Source of the DNA: Octopus vulgaris
Lineage: Eukaryota
Length of the DNA stretch: 64,000 nt
Direction of reading: 5' to 3'
NCBI GenBank assembly: GCA_951406725.2
Contig: OX597814.1
Location: forward strand, 123,442,001-123,506,000
Shown here: piece after piece, positions 42,396-52,900 of the stretch
Layout: each line of letters begins with the position of its first letter
Position numbering within the stretch: the first letter of the stretch is position 1
The notes under the pieces: model-generated
Seen by the model: the letters and a program-made list of their open reading frames with translations, nothing else
Database searches by the model: none
What the model was told of the DNA's origin: nothing
Position numbers and translations under genes: made by a program

Positions 42396-44959
42396 ACTGC
42401 TACATCATTATCATCATCATCATCATCATCATTTAACATATCTTTTTCCATGCTGGCATGGACTGGATGGTTTGGCAGGAGTTGGCAAGCAGGAAAGCTG
42501 CACCAGGCTCAAAGTGTCTGTTTTGGCATCGTTTCTACAGCTGGATGCCTGCCCTAATACCAACTACTTTACAGAATATACTTGGTACATTTCACATGGT
42601 ACCAGAAAGGGTGCTTTTTACATGACATCAGCATGGGTTCTTTTTATATGGCACCAGCAGCAAAACTTCAATAATGTTCTAGAAACCAGCACTAAGTCTT
42701 CCACTCACTGAAACATAAAGAAAACATTCCCCTACCTTGGTTTGGCAGTTTCACAGACTCTTGAATGAGTATTGTTGATTCTTTTGACTGTAAACAGGAA
42801 CAATCTGCCAATAACTGTGTGTACTGTGTCACCTCACTGATAAAACTAGTTCTGAAAATACAACCAAAACAATAGCTACAACTTTGGAGTTTCTTAACAA
42901 CAATATTTCCTATAAACATGTGAAGTGGGGAGAACTAAATGTTTTACTTCTAAATATCTTATAACTTTCAAACATTGTATAGTCAGAATAATTCAACATT
43001 TTTCTTCATTTTCCAAAGCAAACAGGTTGGAATGCTACCAATCATAGGTCTACTCAGCCAGAGCTGATCTGAGGATAAACAAAATCAACTAAAAGTCAGG
43101 ACAAGTAGGGTCTTAAAAACACCAGAATATATCTTGTAACAAAAATAGGTTAAAATGAAGGTCAAATTTTAAAGAAAACTGTTTTAATCAAACCATCTTG
43201 CGCAGTGGTTCTCAACCATTTTTTTTACCTATGGACCCCTTTGATTAAATATTTTATTCTCGTGGACACCTATAGCCATTCAATGTTTAAAACTAGTTTT
43301 ATACATTCTCCTTTCAAAATTCCTATTTTGCTTTTCACACATTAACTTGTGTAAGTTGAGCTATGTAAAATGTCAGAGAGAGAAATCTAGTTGTTTCGTG
43401 CAATAAAGACATTTAAATGAAAATATTTCATGAACCATTAGAATACTACTTGTGGATCCTTAATTTACTATTTTGTTAGCATGCCCAATTGAGAAACACT
43501 GTTCTAATTAGTACCAACAACTGGATGTCACAGCAAAATAAGTGTTGTAACATTTACATAGACATTTCTCTTTATTATCACTCAATAATAGACTGATACT
43601 CCTTTCATAAGAGTATTTCTAATGAAATACACAGCCTGTGAATTTCAAAACATTTTTATTAAAAATCAAGAATTGGGAAGAATTTGGTTAAATAAATACC
43701 CTTTTCATTAAGCTGATATTTGGAATATAACTTAAGAAAAGGTTCAGTGATAAAATTACAATGGTAAATCTATTAATCAAATTCATGAACATAGCTGCTT
43801 CACCACCTGATGAGACATCAACTTTTGCATACAAGTGCCAACTCTAAATGCATCATAGAAGCAAGATTTGATTTAGGTAGGTTGGTATTAAAATCACTAA
43901 AGATTCTAATTAGTCAATGAAGGCAGGATCCTAAATCTAGAAAAAAAAAACTATCCACATTGATTTATAAAACAAGGTGAATATTTACAAAGAAACATAT
44001 TTAAAAAGCTTCAAAAACTGATGCAGTACCTTTCCCACTTTTGAGACGGATTGTTCAAGATAGCAAGTGACTTTGCTAACAGATGTTCACGAAAGTGTCT
44101 AGTGACAATAGCCAGAGGATCGACTGAAAATAGATGAATTGTTAAAAAAGAATTTAAAATAAAATATCATAACATTTTACAACATGTGATCCCTTTTCTG
44201 GTTATGTAAACCATATAAAGGGTTATGAACTTACAAATACCACAGGGGCAGTGCATAGTATCTTTAGTCAGTGACTCAGCAGTTTTGATGATGTTTTGGA
44301 ATGGTTACCCTTTATAAATCTATCCATACAACAGTAGATTTATAAAGGGAGGTAAAAAGCAACAGAAAATATTTTTTGCTTTGTAATTCACAAGTATAAA
44401 GCATTATAACTTGAGGGTAATACACAACAAATTATTCTGCACCAAAAGGTGAGACTGAATCTGCATTACTAACAGCAGGCTCTACTCCTCTCAACAGCTA
44501 ATTGATTAAGCAGCAACAAGCAGAATCATTAGGAAAAACACTAATTTCAGTCATTTTCAAATGGTCAAATTTGTAATTGCCATTCTGCCTATTTTTAACA
44601 CTCTTGATGTCAATATGGAGGAATTAATGCAAAATATAAACAAGAAGCAAAATCAAACAAAATACAAAGTTAACAGAAAAATTAGACAACTGAAATTCAT
44701 CGTTATTGTTTTAATGTTTACTTTTCTATGCTTGCAAGGGTCAAACAGTTTATTAAGGTGAATTTTCTATGGCCAGACACTCTTCTTATTGCCAACCCTC
44801 ACCTGTTTCCAAGTAAGGTAATATTTCCCTATAGCCAGACATGTTTCTGCAGAATATTGGAAGTGAATGACACTGCTTGTGTAACAGTGACACTCGTTTA
44901 CAACTGACACTCAATGTCAAGATAAGGAGAAGCAAACATACATGCACTCTACACACAAA

Positions 44960-45023
<64 letters not shown>

Positions 45024-46417
45024 GCATACATCATCATCATTTAACATCTGCTTTCCATGGTAGCATGGGTTGGACGGTTTGACCGAGGGCTGGCAAGCCA
45101 GATGGCTGTATCAGGCTCCAATCTGATCTGGCAATGTTTCTACAGCTGGATACCCTTCCTAATGCCAACCACTCCGAGAGTGTAGAGGGTGCTTTTTACG
45201 TGCCACCAGCATGAGGTTCCACCAGGCGGCACTGGCAATGACCACACTTGAATGGTTATGTTTTACATGTCACCGGCACAGGAGCCAGTCAGGCGGCACT
45301 GGCAATGACCACACTCGAATGGTGCTTTTTACATGTCACTGGCACAGAAGCCAGTCAGGCAGCACTGGCAACAAATGCATATGTCATATTCTTTTATTCT
45401 TTTACTTGATTCAGTCATTAGACTGTGGGCATGCTGGGGCACTACCTCAAAGAATTTTAACCAAACAAACCAACCACAGTGCTTAATTTTTTTTCGTTTT
45501 TAGTGTTGCTCTGTTATGTCCCCATAATGTGCTGGTGGTACATAATAAGCACCATTCAAGTGTGGGTTGATGCCAGTGCCACTTGATTGGCTTTCTGTGC
45601 CAATAGCACATAAAAAGCACCATAGGAACAAAGTCGATGCCAGCCCCCACCACCACAACTGGCTCCTATGCTGGTGGCATGTAAAAAGCACCCACTACAC
45701 TTTCAGAGTGGTTGGCATTAGGAAGGACATCCAGCTGTAGAAACCTTGCCAGATCTGATTGGGGCCTGGCACAGTCTACTGGCTTGCCAGTCCCCAGTCA
45801 AACTGTCCAACCCATGCCAGCATGGAAAACGGACGTTAGATGATGATGATGAACAGCAGTTCAGGAAAAGAGTCCAGTGGAACAAGTACAAGGCTTTAAA
45901 ATAATAAGTACTAGAGTCAATTCATTGACTAAAATATTCTTCAAGGCAGTGCCCCAGCCACAATCTAATAAGTGAAACATGTAAAAGATAAAAAAAATCT
46001 CCCAAAAAGAAAGAAAATCGTATTTTAAAAATTTCCATCAGAAATAGATTTCAATAATTAAAAACATTTTTTAAAATTTTCATCTTACCATAATTGCCAA
46101 TACTGGAGAAAGAACTTTCTTCAAAGCTTATATCCCAGAAACTGTCAACGAAGAATCGGTAACCATCTTTATGGCATAACCACTGGATATAAGCAGGAAC
46201 TTTGCCTTCACTGCGAGAACAAGCATGGCTCACTTTATGGAGGAAGTAACGCTGAAAAAGAGGAGATAAATCAAAATAGAAGTTGAAAGGATTCTAGCTT
46301 TAATTTCACTATTGAGAAATTATATAGATTTGTTTAATTTACAGAATGTATAATCACAAGCAAAATGAAACAGATTTAGTTTATCTTTTTATTGCTACAT
46401 CCTGTTGTATTTTGCTA

Positions 46418-46448
<31 letters not shown>

Positions 46449-46871
46449 AATAGATGTATAAATAGTATGAATAGTATGTATTCATTTTCTATAATAAATC
46501 ATTCATGAATCCCTGAAAGAGACAAAAGTGCTGAATAAAATAGTTTTTTTTTCCTTGACTACCTTCTTTTTCTTAATATACATATACATATACATATATA
46601 TGTATGAGTGTGTGCATGCATGCGTGTGTGTGAGCACACACATGCTCACATGTGTATGTAAATGTAAGATCCAAGGATCATGGTATAGGAAAAAGTTAGC
46701 TTCAAGCAATCCATAGTGAATATAAAAAACAACTTTCAGGAACAATAGTGGTTTATTGAGGTGGAAAGTTGTGGATTTTTTTATTGAATAAGAAATGAAA
46801 CATACATAGCCCATATCTCATCTACTCCATTCCTTAACTCTTGTCTATGTATGTATGTGTGTGTGTATGTG

Positions 46872-46923
<52 letters not shown>

Positions 46924-49900
46924 TCTTTGGGTGATCACATTATTAGTTATAATACTGAGAAGATGCTAATTCATCTCAAATTAGCTACAATATATTGATT
47001 CTGTGATATTTTATTTTAACAAGGAAAGTCATAAGTCACATAACTCTAGCATGATAGGTTAATAATGCCCAACATTTATATGTAGACTAGAGCTTTTACC
47101 CATCAAAACCATTAGAATTAGATCAGTTGAGATCGGTAGTTCTCAACTGAAGTCTAAATGACCCTTGGGGATCTACATGACCCTAAGGGGTCAAAATAAG
47201 ATTTTGCTGCTAAAATTTATGTGCAATAAACTGGTTACAGGTTATATTTCTACAAGATACAGAATATTTTAACAATTTTTACTACAATTCCTAATAGAAT
47301 TTACTTATAAGACTATAATAATATGGTTTTTTAAACATTGATTGGTTATGAGGGTCCACTCGAGTAAAACATGAATCAAAGGGGTCCATAGGTAAAAAAG
47401 GGTCAAGAATCATTGGTTTAGCCTTTAATGGTTCAAGGAGTTTGTAAAGTTGGCGAAAGTAATATTAGAACCTAGAAGTGAATGTCATATCATTTAACAA
47501 CAACAATGAAAACAGTATTATGTTCTAATAGCTATCAAGTAAATTAAATACATTATATATATATAAACAAATATAATTGCAGAAACTGACCAAAGATAAA
47601 CAATTATAGGAGAACTGATAAGAACGAACAGGGAAGTAGTTTTATGATAGAAAGATTATCTTGGATTAGTGATTTTAAATCTAACATTCTCTACATACAT
47701 TTATTTATCAATCATTCATGTTCTTTGCACTTTAAAATACTCAGACATTATTATAGAACATAGCTGTTTTCAATGAACAGATTAATAATTGAGGAGATTA
47801 AGCTCGCTTAAGAACACTGGGGGTAATCCACTTAGTGGTCGGCATAAATCTTCAAGATCAGTAAAAGCAACTCACACAGAGAGATTTTAAGTTAAAAGGG
47901 GCACTCTGGTGGATTGTTATGGCAGCTGTAGCATATATCTCAGCGAGAGTAGCAGTAGGAAGCATTTCTCCAGCAGCTTCAGCAAGGTTGACAGCGCACA
48001 GAGCCAAGTTAATCCCATATGCTGAGCTACCACTGGTGTGACCTAGGTAAGAGAAAGAGATAAATATTATGTGAGAAAGGGATAGAAAGGGAGAATGTTA
48101 GAAATAAAAGCTAAAATCTTTGCAGACTGCATGGGGAGATAATCTATGAAAAAAGTTAGAGATATGTGTTTTTTGAAAGTAATTAATTTTTAATGTTGAC
48201 ATTAAATGCAATGTGTTATGTTATCATAAAATGATCTTAAACAGAGATTCAATTTCAGTCTTTAATACATACATAGCACTGTGAAAACAACAACATGAAA
48301 TATTAGTATTCCTGGCTAACATCACATGTTGCCATTATGTTTAAAGATAACACCTGCATACCAATATCAACAAACTTTGTCATTTAGGCTATATTCTCAT
48401 AAAGCTGTAACAAAGTACAACTTGAAAATGCAAATATATAAGGCTATATAAACCTACATTGGATGGCACCTCAGCCAAAATCATAAATCTTGAACACTTA
48501 CCACAACAAAACCAATCTTAAACTAAAACTTTCTCAGCTCATAACAAAAACTTGGTCAACATACACCTTTCATTACATTCATTAAGATATTCAAAATATC
48601 CCCTATGATATACTCTCCAATATTCCCCACTCCACATGGTCAAGAGGGCCTTTTCCTGTTCTTTTCCTGTCTCATGAGTTACTTGGCAACCTCACTAATG
48701 CCGGTGCCACAAAAGAAGTAACCCAGTACACACTGCATTAAGTAGTAGGCGACGAGCAGGCAGAAACGTTAGCATGCCAGGCGAAATGCTTAGCGGTATT
48801 TCATCTGTTTTTACATTCTGAGTTCAAATTCTGCCATGGTCAACTTTGTCTTTCATCCTTTCGGGGATGATAAATTAAGTACCAGTTACGTACTGGGGGC
48901 AATCTAATCGACTAGCCCCCTCTCCAAAAATTTAGGGCATTGTGCCTAGAGTAGAAAAGAAGTAGCTAGCATTGGGAAGGGCATCCAGTCATAGAAACCA
49001 TTCTAAAGCTGATATTGGAGCTTAACACAGTTCTACAGTTTGCTGTATCTGGTCAATTTGTCCAACCCATGCCAGCATAGAAAACAGACAATCAGATAAT
49101 AAATGATGATGATTATGATGACAACGATGATGAGGGCTTCCACTGGTCAATATTGACCATACAACTGCAGGTGCATGTGCAGGCTGGAGCAATATATTTT
49201 TGAGGAAGACCAGCAGCTGCCCATGCTTGTAAGTCTCCCCTCTCTGTGCCACTGATGTTTATCCAAGGGAAAGGTCACCAACTTCAGCCAATACCATTTG
49301 GCACTAGTGTCATCACAGGTACTGCTTGTTGAATACACACAGAGCAAGATGTCTAACAGTTCTACCAATTAACCATGCTGAATTAGTACTTTTTTTATTG
49401 ACTCCAAAAAGATGATAGACAAAGCTGACCTGGGCAGGATTTGGACTCAGAGCACAGTGAGTCAGAACAAATAACACAAATATTCTAATCGTCACTCAAA
49501 CACCTTTCAGTTAAATGCCTTCAATATATCAATAATTAACAGACTAATGAAACTAACCCCTTATTCTGCCACTATCACATTCAAACAGTACATGTGGTCT
49601 GATCAATAAGTATCCGGATTGTTGTCATAGTAACACAGCTAAAGTACGGAGAGTGAAGTCGCGTGGCACTAATTGACCTTGAACTCTGCTGTGCATGTGC
49701 ACTAACTTTTAATGTTCAAGCTCACTTCTGTTTACAGCAGTGCTTGGAAGGAAGGTGTGTAGCATGTGATAATTGCATTGACCATGACAGAGAAAGTTGA
49801 GTAGAGAATCTACATCAAATTTTGCCAAAAGCTTGGTGATACCTGCTCAGAGGCCTACACAAAGTTTCCAAAAAGTTTTCTTCATTCTCGAAACAATCAA

Positions 49901-52900
49901 GGGGATCTTGTGCAACTGAAACCCGAGTGTCTTTTTGGTCAGCAGAAAGTAGTTGTGGCACAAACTTGGCAGACACACATCTCCTACCCAAATCTTTAGT
50001 GATAATGGACTAAACTGAACCGTAACTAATCTGCATGTCCTCTGATAACTCACAGATGGGGATTTGACTATTTGCCCTCACAGCAGCATGCACACCTGCA
50101 ATGTTTTTCCCAGTTCTACTGGTTGCAGGTCTCCCAGAATGTTTGTCACTATCAACATTTTTTTCAGCCATCTTGGAAACATCCAAACCACTCATACACT
50201 CCTCTCCATACACTTTCTGCAACCTTGTGTCAGCCTCTGAGCAGGTATTGCCATGACAACTTTCTCTGACATGGTCAATGTGATGATCACACACTACACA
50301 CCTTCCTTCCAAGCACTGCTGTAAACAGCGGAAGTGAGCTAAAACGTTAAAACTTAGTGTGCAAGCACAGCAGAGTTCAAGGTCAGTCTGTGCCAAGCGG
50401 TTTCACTGTGTGCTTTAGTTTCGTTACTATGGCAACAGTCCGGATACTTATTGATCAGACCTAATATTCTGCTAAATCAATAGATCAAATTACCTGACTA
50501 CACAATGAGACAAGCAACCATCATCATCGTCATTTAACATTCACTTTCCATGCTGGCATGGGTTGGACGATTTGACTGAGGGCTGGCAAGCCAGAAGGCT
50601 GCACCAGGCTCCAATCTGATCTGGCAACATTTCTACAGCTGGATTCCCTTCCTAACACCAACCACTCAGAGTGTAGTGGGTGCTTTTTACATGCTACCAG
50701 CACAGGAGCCAGTCAGGTGGTCCTGACATCAATCAGTGGACTTCTTTCAATTTCCGACTACCAAATCCACTCACAAGGCTTTGGTCAGGCTGAGACTATA
50801 GTAGAAGACACTTGCCCAAGGTGCAACACAGCAGGACTGAACCCAGAACCTTGTGGTTTGGAAGCAAGCTTCTTACTACATAGCCACACCTGCACTAGCA
50901 GAAATAATATCAGGGCCTTCATTTCAAATCATTTATCTTCCTTCACCTTCTCACCCCCTACTCTTCACCACCCACAATTTGCACTATGTACTAGCCAAAG
51001 CCTTCTTTACTATAACTACCTCCTTCTAGAACTCCACAGATATAAAGGAAGCTATATCCCTGCTTAAACTGTAACGAGAATTATATCCTTATTGAAGCTG
51101 TACATTAATCTTGTTCAGTTATTGCTATTTTTCTATTTAGGAACTTATATCACTGACCTCACAGTCACTAATAAAGATAAAGCTTAACATATCATTCTGG
51201 CACAAATCAAATAGTTACAATTACAGAAAGAAAATGAGAGAATGTTAAGTAATTCTTTCAAATAAAAGATAATTGACGATTTTTAACAACAGAACAAAAA
51301 GCTAACATTTTTTTGAAAGGAAAACAACTGATTTAATAATTTTTCACAATATACACTATGAAAGAAGTTGTAATACTGACCGGTCAGATGGAGTTGGTGA
51401 AGTTTGTGATAAGCCAAAGCAGCATTTACTGCAGACTGTTTCACTTCAGATGCTTCAAATTCTTTTGACCACAGACCACCAGCTCTGTTACTTAGCCATC
51501 TTCCCAGGTAAATGTAATGTAAAAACTGACGTAAGGAATGCCAAGCCAGACTGGCAACCAGGTCAATCTTCGAAGTTGGAAGGGGTCGACCAAGAGCAAG
51601 AAGGCCAAGATGCAACTGTCGAGCAGCAGCTGCATAGTTTCCCTGGTAACAGAAGAATATAACAAAAACGGATAGTGAATAAAAAAAATAATTGAAGAAA
51701 TATTACTTTTAAGTAAGAATGGCTGAATAATACATATATATCATCATCATCATCATCATCATCGTTTAACATCTGCTTTCCATGCTAGCATGGGTTGGAC
51801 GATTTTGACTGAGGGCTGGCAAACCAGATGGCTGCACCAGGCTCCAATCTTGATCTGGCAGAGTTTCTACAGCTGCCAGATCAAGATTGGAGCCTGGTGC
51901 AGCCATCTGGTTCGCCAGCCCTCAGTCAAAATCGTCCAACCCATGCTAGCATGGAAAGCGGACGTTAAACGATGATGATGATATATATATGTGTGTGTGT
52001 TTATCTAGCATAGATAAACATGAAGTATTTTGGGTTAATACAGCAATAGGGATCAGATGGCTGCTCCAATTACAACACTGGTATCATTATATCATCCTTA
52101 CCTAGGATATTAAAATGGTATCTAGCTGGGTTTTTTTTTTCAATAAATCAAGGTATAAAAGGCTGTGTTTCAAAACATAAGCACTGCACTGGTGTTTGAC
52201 CTTATGATTCTGTAGTGAGTAGAGTCACTGCTTGAAACTGCTGTTAATCCTCTTCAAATAATCATCATCAAAAATGTTTTTGCATCCTATTTTCTACACA
52301 GTTATAACTTAAACAAGTCTCTCAGCTCTTCTTTCAACTGTTTTACCTCAGATACTTCATTTGTACACCCAATTTTAAAATAGGTACACCAAATTTTTTC
52401 ACACTCAGAATCATTGAAGCAGAGAATAAACTACCTGTATCAGTAGTTGGTTGTTGGGACACTGCATCCTGCAAACTTCCATGCTTCCTGAAATTTACCA
52501 ACAGTACACCTGATGCACTCTCCCCACCACCTTTTTTTGTAAACAACTCATTCACTGTTCCCTTTCCGTGCATTATTCTATGTACTCTTTGTGCATTTTT
52601 GGTTACCTTCTGATGAGTTGTAATGCATCTGAGCACTGTATGCAATAATTTCATTATTATTATTATATCATTATTATTAAATACTTCAGTGTCATAATAG
52701 GTGACCAAAAGTATTGGCACCTGGAAGATCCATCCATTAAACACTACCTCAAAAAGTATAATCCCACCATCCCCGCCTGGAGGGACAGACATAAAACAAT
52801 GGTAACAGTAACAATGATGACAGCTCCAGATCAACCCACCCTATCCCCTGCTCTCTCACAAACAGACCCAATTAAAAATTTAAAATACTCACTTGGGTGA

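Noticed and set aside
46950-47000. CTGAAGA followed by a gctaatt/aattagc stem
   Set aside because: The GAAA core and stem III are missing, so it cannot be called a hammerhead.
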